Below are positions 48,793 through 58,070 of a DNA stretch of 64,000 nucleotides, piece after piece. Both the position numbers and the translations under genes were made by a program. The notes under the pieces were generated by a model. It saw only the letters and a program-made list of their open reading frames with translations, was not told the origin of the DNA and did not search any database. Location: the NCBI GenBank assembly GCA_913045055.1, contig CAJWPI010000005.1:3675-67674 (forward strand), written 5' to 3'. The number at the start of each line of letters is the position of its first letter. The first letter of the stretch is position 1. This DNA is from an uncultured Gammaproteobacteria bacterium (lineage in GTDB: Bacteria > Pseudomonadota > Gammaproteobacteria > Magnimaribacterales > Magnimaribacteraceae).

Positions 48793-51001
48793 TAAAAATC
48801 GGTGATGACCATGCTCTCTCTTCAGTTTCGTTCAGACAATCCCCAACCCCCTTTCCTTCGATATCTCCACATAAACTTACTTTAATACATTTTCCTTCTT
48901 CCATCTCACAACCAAGAGTATCAGCATTTATAGCGAGACTGGGTGACTGTATTGCTCTCACATAATAAATAACTTCGCGATTTCCTATTGAAAATTGGTT
49001 ATCTGTAAACTCTATTTCACATCCTTCTTGAGAAGGTTCACAATCAAATACCTTCCAAGGATCTTCAATTAAACCTTCCAAAGGTTCTTCTTGATACGAC
49101 TGGGGTCTTATTCTGATTATTTCTATTCTTTGAATATTTTTCCTTATATCTGAAGGATTAAAACACTCTCCTTTACAAAGATTTGTAATTAAATTTTGTT
49201 TCCCAACTTCTCCAGAAGAACCCATACATCCTGGTTTTTGAAAATGTGCTCCTAGTGCTTTTACTCTAAATACAGGGTCCTTTTCCATGCCCACTTCAGC
49301 ACCCATTGGGTAAACAGTTTCACTATTATGATTAATTAAATCAAACCATAATAAAATCCTGTCTCCACTCGTAGCATAAACTTCCCTTCTAGTCATAGAG
49401 TCCCATAAACTGTCTCTGTTCTTAAATACAGAATGAACAGCAACCAATCCTCCTGTATAAAGAAAGGAAGAAGCTCTTTCTGATTGTATTGATAATGTTG
49501 GTTCTTCATAAGAATTTAGATTTTGGGACCTTGGTAGCTGAGGTTCGTCCAATCTTGGATTAAGGAGAGCATTTCCTCGAGTGTTTTGTAAGTCTATTCG
49601 AGACTCAGAATTTAAAAATCTTAGATTCTCTTTATATCCAGTTCCTGGTCTCCCCTGATGATTATCACTTGAGCCAATAAAACCAAACTTATAATTTAAA
49701 GGGGTATCACCAGAAAAATCTGTTGAAGCTAATGCATATTGAACAGACATCTTAGGTCTATAATCAAAGGCTGGTAGGAAGCAATCCTTGCATTGACCTG
49801 AATCTATCCACTCTTTTGGGTCATAACCAGGAACTGTGAGAATGCCATAAGGATGAGACTTAACAAAATTCTCCCTTGCTTCTAAAGATCTTTTGTTGCA
49901 CTCATCGTCTGATCCTGCTGCTATTCTGCATCTTTCTCTTATTATCTCACCTGCTTGAAAACAGTATGGTAAATAATTTTGGGTAGGTTGTTCACAGGAA
50001 ACAACATCTTCTGAGTTAAAATTAAGAGGGGACCAAGATCTATACTCTTCTGAATTTCCATGTCCTGAATATATCTCAACTAGATTACCAAACCTAGGCT
50101 CATAATCTGAGGTATTGAGCTGGTTATCCCACGATGCAAAAGGGGGAGAAGTAGCACCCCATGCTGTTCCATGAGGGATAATCATTACCTCGGAGAGATA
50201 ATCATTAAGCTTAGAGTATAAAGCCGAAGGTGAGTCCGCTGTTTCCATACAATTACTTGAATTGAATAGCCCTAATCCTTCATCACACCTTTCTAAATAG
50301 GAAGCTACTAAAGATTTATACCTCCAATCAAAATAATGTTTTCTATTTGGAAAGTCTAAAGCTACTGCAGCACTTATTATTAAAGGATTTGGATTAACAA
50401 AATTTTCAAATTGACCAGAATTAACGGCAGCAATAGGTTTGGGTGGTATTTTATTATCTTCAAGGCCCTTAACTATTATATTCTTGTGACCATAGTGCGT
50501 ATTTGGGTTTGAACTAGTCTGAGTCCATTCCCACCCTACAAATGGTATAACTTCATTCTGATCTACTTCATTTGATATTGCTGCACAATTTTGAATGGAG
50601 TTTAAACTATCTTTCCATTCTCTTTGTGTAAGCCATTCTGCATGATCGGTAACAGCAAAAAAATCTAAAGAAGAACAAAATCTAGCAAAATTACATGCAT
50701 CTGCTACAGGATGAACCCCCTCCCCTTGCGCTATAGGTAGATTAAGCATAAAAGCATCAAATGAAAAAGTGGTGTGCACATGTAAATCTCCAAAAAGAAT
50801 TTGCTTTTTTTCGAAACCTTGTTTTTTTTGGTTTACTTCAATTATTTTTGATGATTGTGAGGTGGAAGAAAATTTGGAAACTTCTCCGGGTCCTATATAT
50901 GATCCAAACCAGTTAAAGAATACTGCGGCAATTAAAAAGAAAAAGGGGGATAAGAGAATAAGAATCGAATAAAGAATAGTTTTTTTTGAGATCTTTATCA
51001 T
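48767..51001 (-). CDS. DUF3604-type protein: membrane-anchored, Cys-rich, with an N-terminal PHP-like metal-binding motif; function unknown
   Basis: A single N-terminal TM helix, then ILFGDLHVHTTFSFDAF and FFAVTDHAEW (PHP/amidohydrolase-like HxH...DH). About two dozen Cys residues suggest a disulfide-rich periplasmic domain. 744 aa. The 3' end overlaps nusB convergently by 26 nt. Confidence 0.7.
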   Translation of the reverse strand: MIKISKKTILYSILILLSPFFFLIAAVFFNWFGSYIGPGEVSKFSSTSQSSKIIEVNQKKQGFEKKQILFGDLHVHTTFSFDAFMLNLPIAQGEGVHPVADACNFARFCSSLDFFAVTDHAEWLTQREWKDSLNSIQNCAAISNEVDQNEVIPFVGWEWTQTSSNPNTHYGHKNIIVKGLEDNKIPPKPIAAVNSGQFENFVNPNPLIISAAVALDFPNRKHYFDWRYKSLVASYLERCDEGLGLFNSSNCMETADSPSALYSKLNDYLSEVMIIPHGTAWGATSPPFASWDNQLNTSDYEPRFGNLVEIYSGHGNSEEYRSWSPLNFNSEDVVSCEQPTQNYLPYCFQAGEIIRERCRIAAGSDDECNKRSLEARENFVKSHPYGILTVPGYDPKEWIDSGQCKDCFLPAFDYRPKMSVQYALASTDFSGDTPLNYKFGFIGSSDNHQGRPGTGYKENLRFLNSESRIDLQNTRGNALLNPRLDEPQLPRSQNLNSYEEPTLSIQSERASSFLYTGGLVAVHSVFKNRDSLWDSMTRREVYATSGDRILLWFDLINHNSETVYPMGAEVGMEKDPVFRVKALGAHFQKPGCMGSSGEVGKQNLITNLCKGECFNPSDIRKNIQRIEIIRIRPQSYQEEPLEGLIEDPWKVFDCEPSQEGCEIEFTDNQFSIGNREVIYYVRAIQSPSLAINADTLGCEMEEGKCIKVSLCGDIEGKGVGDCLNETEERAWSSPIFINFGPIPP

Positions 51002-51011
51002 TATTCTCTAG

Positions 51012-51404
51012 CTAACTAGAGGAAGGATTGTTGCCTTCTAATAAGACATAATGTTTTAAACTTTCTGTTTCTACAAAATAATATTTCCTCTTTGGCTTTT
51101 CTTCCATAAGCTTTACTTTAAAGATTTCTCCTTCTTTTAAACTTTCTGTAAGGATTATTTTCTCTCCTCTTTTTATCTTATAGAGATCTCTTGAATCAAC
51201 AGTAGCAAAATTAAAATTATCTTCATAAGAAATAATTTGTTTTTTTAATAAAATTACCTTATTGACATCTTTTTTATAATGAAAAAGAACTAACGAAGAG
51301 TGTTTGCGTGCTTCTAATTCATCTCCAATTTCGTAAATAGTTTCTTGCTCTGCTTGAGTAGACAGTGAAAAAAATAATACTAATAATCCAATTAAGTGTT
51401 TCAT
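51012..51404 (-). CDS. Hypothetical small secreted protein
   Basis: Sec signal peptide MKHLIGLLVLFFSLSTQA/EQ. 130 aa. ATGA overlap with the purA stop, and 10 nt upstream of the DUF3604 gene. I recognise no motif. Confidence 0.55.
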   Translation of the reverse strand: MKHLIGLLVLFFSLSTQAEQETIYEIGDELEARKHSSLVLFHYKKDVNKVILLKKQIISYEDNFNFATVDSRDLYKIKRGEKIILTESLKEGEIFKVKLMEEKPKRKYYFVETESLKHYVLLEGNNPSSS

Positions 51405-52690
51405 TTTCCTAGAGGATATTCTCTGATAATAGCATCTTCACGTCTAGGACCAGTAGAGATAATAACTACAGGGGCACCGCAAAGCTCTTCTACAGTTTGA
51501 ATAAAAACGGCTGCTTTTTTATTTAGGTCATTAAAATTTGTGATCCCTTCGGTTAACTGATCCCATCCCTCTAATTCTATATATTCAGGTTTTACATCAT
51601 CCAATGACATAGTTTCCAAAATATCTTCTTTAGAAAGTGGGCTTGTGTAGTCAACACAAATTTTAACCTTTTCTAAACCATCCAGAACATCTATTTTAGT
51701 TAAACAGATTCCATTTATTCCGTTTAAATATACTGATTGAGAAAGAAGAACAGCATCCAACCAGCCACATCTTCTAGGTCTGCCAGTTGTAGCTCCAACT
51801 TCAAATCCCTTTTCAGCTATGTAAGTTCCTATTTCATCTTTTAATTCTGTTGGAAAAGGACCTTCTCCAACCCTAGTAGCATAAGCCTTTGATATACCTA
51901 AAGAATAATCTATTTTTGTGGCACTTAAACCAACACCAGGAGCTATTCCCCCCAGTGAAGAATTACTTGAAGTTACAAAGGGGTAAGTTCCTAGACTATA
52001 ATCCAATAAAGCCCCTTGAGCGCCCTCAAATAGGATACTTTTATTTTTTTTCTGTAAGTTTTTGACCTCACTGATTACATTTCCTACAAATGGCTTAAGT
52101 TTTTCAGCCTGTTCAAGGTTTTTGTCTAATAATTCATTAATATCTTCTTGCTGGTTTTTGTCATATCTTTTTATTAGAAAATTATAAATCTCTAATGCTT
52201 CTTCTAATTTAACTTTTAAGGTCTTGGGGTTATACAAATCAACAACTCTTATAGACCTTCTGCCTACCCTATCTTCATAAGCTGGACCTATGCCCCTCCC
52301 TGTTGTTCCAATCTTTGTTCCGCTTCTTGATCTCTCTCTAAGTTGATCTATTTTTATATGGTAAGGCTGAATAAGACAAGCAGCTTTACTCACAATAAGT
52401 CTTGCTTCAATATCACCAATGAATTTATAAGCATCGTTTATTTCTGAAAACAAGGCATCCAGACTTATCACAACACCTCTTCCCAAAAAACATTTAATAT
52501 TTTTATGACATATTGAAGAAGGTAACAAATGAAAAACTATTTTCTTACCGTCAACTATCAGAGTATGCCCTGCATTGTGTCCTCCTTGGTACCTAACAGC
52601 AGCATGAATATCTTTAGACAGAAGGTCTACAACTTTACCCTTTCCTTCGTCTCCCCACTGCAATCCGAGAAGAGATATTAATTTACTCAC
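51401..52690 (-). CDS. purA: Adenylosuccinate synthase
   Basis: QWGDEGKGK P-loop, GGHNAGHT, TTGRGIGPAYEDR and GATTGRPRRCGW. The start codon is GTG. Confidence 0.97.
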   Translation of the reverse strand: MSKLISLLGLQWGDEGKGKVVDLLSKDIHAAVRYQGGHNAGHTLIVDGKKIVFHLLPSSICHKNIKCFLGRGVVISLDALFSEINDAYKFIGDIEARLIVSKAACLIQPYHIKIDQLRERSRSGTKIGTTGRGIGPAYEDRVGRRSIRVVDLYNPKTLKVKLEEALEIYNFLIKRYDKNQQEDINELLDKNLEQAEKLKPFVGNVISEVKNLQKKNKSILFEGAQGALLDYSLGTYPFVTSSNSSLGGIAPGVGLSATKIDYSLGISKAYATRVGEGPFPTELKDEIGTYIAEKGFEVGATTGRPRRCGWLDAVLLSQSVYLNGINGICLTKIDVLDGLEKVKICVDYTSPLSKEDILETMSLDDVKPEYIELEGWDQLTEGITNFNDLNKKAAVFIQTVEELCGAPVVIISTGPRREDAIIREYPLGK

Positions 52691-53678
52691 TTTCTAAATC
52701 CAAATTACTATGTTCTGCTATTGCCAAGATATCTAAATCAAATCCTACTGCTGGTCTTAGTAAATCTTCTGTCTTACTTATGCCATCATATCGACCACCC
52801 TTAGCTAATGGATAACCAGCTTTATCTATGTAAGCTGAAAAAACTACCCCATTATGATATCTAAAACCATAAACCTCTCCCAAATCTATATGCAACTTAA
52901 TTTTTTTATTTAATTGAAGGTTTTCTATTAAACTCTCTAAATAATCTAAATAATGTATTATTTCATCGTCGAGAACAGATAGTTTTGACTTTGCTGTTTC
53001 TATAACTTCTGTTCCTCCATAAAGTTTAGATAAATCAAGAAGCATATTGACCTGTTCAGATGTTAATTCCTCTGAACTAAGCGCTCTAATGTCTGATTCA
53101 GATTTTTTAGATAAAACTGATTCAACTTTATCAATATTTATAGTTGAACTTTTCTTAATCTCTTTAAAAAGGAATGAGGTTAAGCCAGCATGACCTATAC
53201 TCAACGTTATTTCTTTAACTCCAACTTTTCTAAGTCCCTCTATCATCAAGTTCATACTCTCTAAATCGGCTTCAAGAGAAGGGTCTCCAAAGATCTCTGC
53301 TCCAACTTGTATGGTAGTTCTAGATCGGTGTATTTGAGATATTTTCTTCTTTAAAATGTCACCTACATAACAAAGTCTAACTGGATCCAAAGTATTAAAA
53401 CGGTGGGCATCAATCCTTGCTGCTTGCTCACTTAAATCAGGCCTAAAAGATAATTGTTTTTCTGATAAATTATCTGCAAAAGAGAAGGCATAAGCCTCTA
53501 ACTCTTCATGAGCTTCTCCACCAAGAGTCTCTGAAAATTCTAAAAGAGGTGGAATAATATATTCGTATCCTGAAGATATATATAGGTCAATTAAAACTCT
53601 TTTAAGTTTCTCAATCTTGAGAGATTTAGGGGGAAGTATTTCATCAAATCCAACGGGAAGGTTCCAACTTTTTTTCAT
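52683..53678 (-). CDS. hisZ: ATP phosphoribosyltransferase regulatory subunit
   Basis: HisRS-like catalytic-core paralogue (GFDEILP, RLCYVGDILK). It sits between hflC and purA as in Pseudomonas. Confidence 0.85.
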   Translation of the reverse strand: MKKSWNLPVGFDEILPPKSLKIEKLKRVLIDLYISSGYEYIIPPLLEFSETLGGEAHEELEAYAFSFADNLSEKQLSFRPDLSEQAARIDAHRFNTLDPVRLCYVGDILKKKISQIHRSRTTIQVGAEIFGDPSLEADLESMNLMIEGLRKVGVKEITLSIGHAGLTSFLFKEIKKSSTINIDKVESVLSKKSESDIRALSSEELTSEQVNMLLDLSKLYGGTEVIETAKSKLSVLDDEIIHYLDYLESLIENLQLNKKIKLHIDLGEVYGFRYHNGVVFSAYIDKAGYPLAKGGRYDGISKTEDLLRPAVGFDLDILAIAEHSNLDLESE

Positions 53679-53716
53679 TGGTTTATGTCTAAGGAAAAAC
53701 CCTTAGATTAGTAATT

Positions 53717-54589
53717 TTAGTTAGGTTCTGATTTATCAAGGTACTTAAAAAAATCACTATCAGGATCTATTAATAATATATCTGATTTATTTTCAAATGT
53801 AGCTTGATATGCCTTTAAGCTTCTGGTGAAATCATAAAACTCTGGATCTTTTGAATAAGCTGATGCGTAAGTTGCAGTAGCAGTAGCGTCACCATCTCCT
53901 TTTGTTTCTTCGGCTTCTCTATATGCGTCGGCTAATATAACTGTTTTAGATTTATCTGCTCTTGCTCTTATCACTGCAGCGACTTCATTTCCTTGAGCTC
54001 TAAGCTCTCTTGCTAGTCTTTCTCTTTCAGTCCTCATCCTGTTGTAAACAGAATCACTTACCTGGGCTGGTAAGTCTATCTTTTTTACTCTGAGATCTAT
54101 AACTTCTACTCCTAATTCATCTTGAGCAATTCTATCTAACTGAGAAGCAAGTTGGTTCATAAGCTCATCTCTTTCTCCAGATACAACCTCTTTTACTGTC
54201 CTGACTCCAAACTCATTTCTTAGTCCTGTATCTACTCTCTGAGCTAATAAGCGTTTTAATCTTTCCTCATCTCCACCAGTTGTTGTGAAATATTTTGAAA
54301 CTTCTTTTATTCTCCATTTAACAAAAGAATCTACTATGAGAGCTTTCTTTTCTGAAGTTAGATACCTCTGAGGAGCAGCATCTAAAGTTAATATTCTGGC
54401 ATCAAATTTTCTTACTGTATTGATAATTGGAAGTTTAAAGTGCAGGCCTGGCGGCACATCAAAGCGCACGATCTCACCAAAACGTAATAGTACTGCTCTT
54501 TGTGTTTCACTTACTACATACAGAGATTGTGTGAGCGCTATAAAAGATAGCAAAAGAAATATAGATAAAAATACTTTTAATTTACTCAT
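53717..54589 (-). CDS. hflC: FtsH protease modulator HflC
   Basis: An N-terminal TM helix plus an SPFH/band-7 domain. ATGA overlap with hflK. Confidence 0.93.
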   Translation of the reverse strand: MSKLKVFLSIFLLLSFIALTQSLYVVSETQRAVLLRFGEIVRFDVPPGLHFKLPIINTVRKFDARILTLDAAPQRYLTSEKKALIVDSFVKWRIKEVSKYFTTTGGDEERLKRLLAQRVDTGLRNEFGVRTVKEVVSGERDELMNQLASQLDRIAQDELGVEVIDLRVKKIDLPAQVSDSVYNRMRTERERLARELRAQGNEVAAVIRARADKSKTVILADAYREAEETKGDGDATATATYASAYSKDPEFYDFTRSLKAYQATFENKSDILLIDPDSDFFKYLDKSEPN

Positions 54590-55713
54590 TTTCTTCCATC
54601 CTGTTGTCTATTTCTTCTTCTTATTTCTTCTATAACTTGGTTGGTTAACTCCCTGATAGAAGTGGTTGAATTTGGGTTTGTACTTGGAGGAGGTAAAACT
54701 ATATCTTCCTCTGCTCTGGCTGCTTGGGCAATCTTATCAAGGGGTAAATAAAGAATATTATTTCCTCCTTCTACATCTACCATAACTTTTGTGCTACTTG
54801 ACATAACCTGTTGTACTGCTTCCAGATAGAGCCTATTTCTTGTTACTTCAGGTGCCTTCTTATATTCATCTAACAGAAGATTAAAACGGGCTGCATCTCC
54901 TTCAGCTTCTGCTATCACTTGCTCTCTATAAGCTTGTGCTTCTTGAAGCATTTTTTGTGCCTGTCCTCTGGCTTCAGGAACTAGACCATTCGCATAGGTT
55001 TCTGCTTCATTTCTTACCCTTACCTCGTCTTCCCTAGCTTTAATAACATCATCAAAAGCCTCTTGAACTTGATCAGGTGGAGAAGAATCTTCTATATTAA
55101 CTATTACAACCTGCAGTCCAGTAACATATTTATCTAAATAAACCTGAAGTCTTTCCTTTACCATTTGGGCAATTAGTTCCCTTCCTGTGGTTAATGCATC
55201 ATCCATAATTGTACTTCCTACTACGTGTCTTAAAGCACTTTCTGTGGCCTGGGTTAAGCTGTTATCTGCATCTCTTATCTCTAAAACATAATTCTCTGGA
55301 TTAGTGATTTGATACTGTACTGAGACAGTAACGTCAACAATATTTTCATCTTTGGTTAGCATCAATGCATCATGTCTATGTGGTCTTACCCGTACAACAT
55401 CAACAATCGTTCTACTATCAATAATAGGTGGATTCCATCGTAGTCCGGGACCTTTTGTCTCTAGGTATTCACCTAGTCTTAAAACTACTGATCTCTCAGC
55501 CTGTTGCACTTGGTAAATGCCCAATAGGAACCAAACAATAAGAACTAAAAAAATAAGAGAAAAGATATTCTTGGAAGAAAAACCTCCTCCACCACTGGAT
55601 ATTCCAAACCAACCGCTAATTTTTTCTTTAAACTGTTTAATAGCTTCGTCGATATCTGGGGGTCCTTCATTTTTTCCCCAAGGGTCTTTATTACCATTTC
55701 CGTTCCAAGACAT
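54586..55713 (-). CDS. hflK: FtsH protease modulator HflK
   Basis: N-terminus MSWNGNGNKDPWG...GPPDIDE, a TM helix and an SPFH domain. Confidence 0.93.
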   Translation of the reverse strand: MSWNGNGNKDPWGKNEGPPDIDEAIKQFKEKISGWFGISSGGGGFSSKNIFSLIFLVLIVWFLLGIYQVQQAERSVVLRLGEYLETKGPGLRWNPPIIDSRTIVDVVRVRPHRHDALMLTKDENIVDVTVSVQYQITNPENYVLEIRDADNSLTQATESALRHVVGSTIMDDALTTGRELIAQMVKERLQVYLDKYVTGLQVVIVNIEDSSPPDQVQEAFDDVIKAREDEVRVRNEAETYANGLVPEARGQAQKMLQEAQAYREQVIAEAEGDAARFNLLLDEYKKAPEVTRNRLYLEAVQQVMSSSTKVMVDVEGGNNILYLPLDKIAQAARAEEDIVLPPPSTNPNSTTSIRELTNQVIEEIRRRNRQQDGRK

Positions 55714-57032
55714 TAGACTGCAACCTCAATTTTATTTTTATTTGAATCTACCAATTTTACTCCTTTTTCTAAAAGTAGTTCTTGAAGATATTCTCTACCC
55801 ATCTTAATCTTTAATTGTATCAGACCTGATGAAGTAGAAGTTTTTTCTTCTTCAACATATCCTAAAGAATAAAGATTTGATCTTACTCTTCCTAAAGAAG
55901 ACTTCAATGAAATCCAGCCAACAAAAACTTCTTTATTCACACAATGGATCATTGATTCTTGCAGGTTACTTATACCAAGTTCTTCTTTAGCTGATATCCA
56001 AACTTCTTTATCACCAAAACGGTAGTCTTCTAGAATATCTTTGTTACCTATTTTATCTATCTTGTTATTCACTCTCAATTGTTGAATATGAGAAATATCT
56101 AATTCATCTAGTAAATTATTAACTTCTTCTAGTTTATGTAAGTAATTCGAGTCAGAAATATCTACTACGTGAAGTATTAAATCAGCAGATTTTAGTTCAT
56201 CTAGAGTAGCTTTAAATGATTCGATAAGTTGTGTAGGCAATTCAGAAATAAAGCCAACCGTATCAGAAAATAAGAAGGGACTTAAATTATTATCTTTATT
56301 CTTTCTTGTTACTGAATCTAAGGTCGCAAAAGGTTGATTAGCTACGTATTGGTCACTTCCAGTCAGAACATTAAATAGAGTAGTCTTACCTGAGTTTGTA
56401 TAACCAATTAAGGAAATTAAGATGTTTTTGCTCTTTTGCCTAGAATACTTATTAAGAGTTCTTTGTTGGTGAACTTTATTAAGTTTTTTGTTAATAGTTT
56501 TAATCCTTTGATTTATAAGGCGCCTATCAGTTTCTAATTGCTTTTCTCCTGGACCTCCTCTTAAACCTATTCCCCCTCTTTGCCTTTCTAAATGGCTCCA
56601 GCCTCTTACAAGCCTAGTTGACAAATGTGATAATTGAGCTAACTCAACTTGGAGTTTGCCTGTGTGACTTTTAGCTCTTAATGCAAAAATATCTAATATA
56701 AGTCCAGTTCTATCTAAAACTCTTGATTTAAATATAGTTTCAAGATTCCTTTCTTGAGAAGGAGATAGATCATGGTTAAAAATAACCAAATCTATTGTTA
56801 AGTCTTTTACTTTATTTTTTATTTGTGAAATTTTTCCTTTTTTTATAAATGTGCTAGCTACAGGTTGTTCTTGCCTTCCTCTAACACCTGCAACTATATT
56901 TGCACCAGATGATAAAACTAATTCTTTAAATTCATTATGTCTGTCCTTTGCTAACCTCTTTTCTTTGCTGCCCGTTATCTCTATCTGAACAAGTAAAGTC
57001 TTTTGAGATGTGTCTTTTATATTTAAATACAT
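55713..57032 (-). CDS. hflX: Ribosome-associated GTPase HflX
   Basis: The HflX N-domain (DLSPSQERNLE, DRTGLILDIFALRAKSHTGKLQVELAQL) and G-domain GYTNSGKTTLFN, DTVGF, NKID. Confidence 0.95.
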   Translation of the reverse strand: MYLNIKDTSQKTLLVQIEITGSKEKRLAKDRHNEFKELVLSSGANIVAGVRGRQEQPVASTFIKKGKISQIKNKVKDLTIDLVIFNHDLSPSQERNLETIFKSRVLDRTGLILDIFALRAKSHTGKLQVELAQLSHLSTRLVRGWSHLERQRGGIGLRGGPGEKQLETDRRLINQRIKTINKKLNKVHQQRTLNKYSRQKSKNILISLIGYTNSGKTTLFNVLTGSDQYVANQPFATLDSVTRKNKDNNLSPFLFSDTVGFISELPTQLIESFKATLDELKSADLILHVVDISDSNYLHKLEEVNNLLDELDISHIQQLRVNNKIDKIGNKDILEDYRFGDKEVWISAKEELGISNLQESMIHCVNKEVFVGWISLKSSLGRVRSNLYSLGYVEEEKTSTSSGLIQLKIKMGREYLQELLLEKGVKLVDSNKNKIEVAV

Positions 57033-57046
57033 AAAATATCTTAGAA

Positions 57047-57991
57047 TTATCTCGCTTTAAGTATTTCTTCTTTAACTAGTGCTACTGATTTATCAATATC
57101 TTGAGAAACCCATATTACATTTTCCCAGCTTTTAAGCCATGTCATTTGACGCTTTGCTAATTGTCTTGTTGAAGTAACTGCTCTAAAAACCATCTCATCA
57201 TATGAGAGAAATCCCTCCAAATATTGGCAAACTTCTTTATAGCCAACGCTTCTTAAAGATTTAAAGCTACTGTTAATATCTTTTTGAGACAACAAATTTT
57301 CAACCTCTATTATTAAGCCTTGGTTTAACATTTGATCAAATCTATATTGAATTTCTTTTCTATGAGCATCTCTGCTCTGAGGCTTAATAGCAAATTGAAC
57401 AAAATTATATTGATCTGAAAGATGGTTATGGTTATTTTTTTTGTTTTTTTGCAAAGAAGACATTGGTTCTGTTGAGAGTTCATAAACTTCTAAAGCTCTT
57501 TGAATTCTTTGAGAGTCGTTAGGATGAATTTTCTCTGCAGATTTTGGATCTAATGTTTCTAGCCTCTTGTGAAGAAAAGGCCATCCCTTCTTTTCTGCTT
57601 CTTTGGTTAAAGAGTTTCTAATAGAATTATTTGCACTTGGCATATTTGCTAATCCTTTAAATAAAGACCGAAAATACATCATAGTGCCTCCTACTAATAG
57701 TGGAGTATTCCCTGAATCTATAGAATTTTCTATCTCTTTAATAGCATCTTTCCTAAAAAGCCCTGCAGAGTAATTCTCCTCTAACTCTAATTTATCAACT
57801 AACTTATGAGGATATTTTCTTAAGAGTTCTGTGGAGAGTTTTCCGCTTCCAATATTTAGATATTTGTATATTTGAACTGAATCTACACTAATAATATCAA
57901 TGGAAAGTTCATCAAAGATAGCAATAGCAAGATCTGTCTTCCCTACTCCAGTAGAACCCATAATAGTAAAAATGTTTGATTTTCTTCCCAT
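57047..57991 (-). CDS. miaA: tRNA dimethylallyltransferase
   Basis: P-loop IMGSTGVGKTDLAI, VDSVQIYK, GGTMMYF and QRALEV. Only 14 nt separate it from hflX. Confidence 0.95.
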   Translation of the reverse strand: MGRKSNIFTIMGSTGVGKTDLAIAIFDELSIDIISVDSVQIYKYLNIGSGKLSTELLRKYPHKLVDKLELEENYSAGLFRKDAIKEIENSIDSGNTPLLVGGTMMYFRSLFKGLANMPSANNSIRNSLTKEAEKKGWPFLHKRLETLDPKSAEKIHPNDSQRIQRALEVYELSTEPMSSLQKNKKNNHNHLSDQYNFVQFAIKPQSRDAHRKEIQYRFDQMLNQGLIIEVENLLSQKDINSSFKSLRSVGYKEVCQYLEGFLSYDEMVFRAVTSTRQLAKRQMTWLKSWENVIWVSQDIDKSVALVKEEILKAR

Positions 57992-58019
57992 TAATCTAGT
58001 TTAAAAGAGAAAAGAGATT

Positions 58020-58053
58020 AAAAAAACATACCGACCGCTAAAAAACGGTCGGT
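58020..58053 (-). terminator. Rho-independent terminator downstream of amtB
   Basis: A perfect 8-bp GC-rich stem, ACCGACCG / CGGTCGGT, with an 8-nt loop (58030-58053). On the minus strand it is followed by ATGTTTTTTT. It begins 18 nt after the amtB stop. Confidence 0.65.
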
Positions 58054-58070
58054 TTAGTAAAATTAACTGA

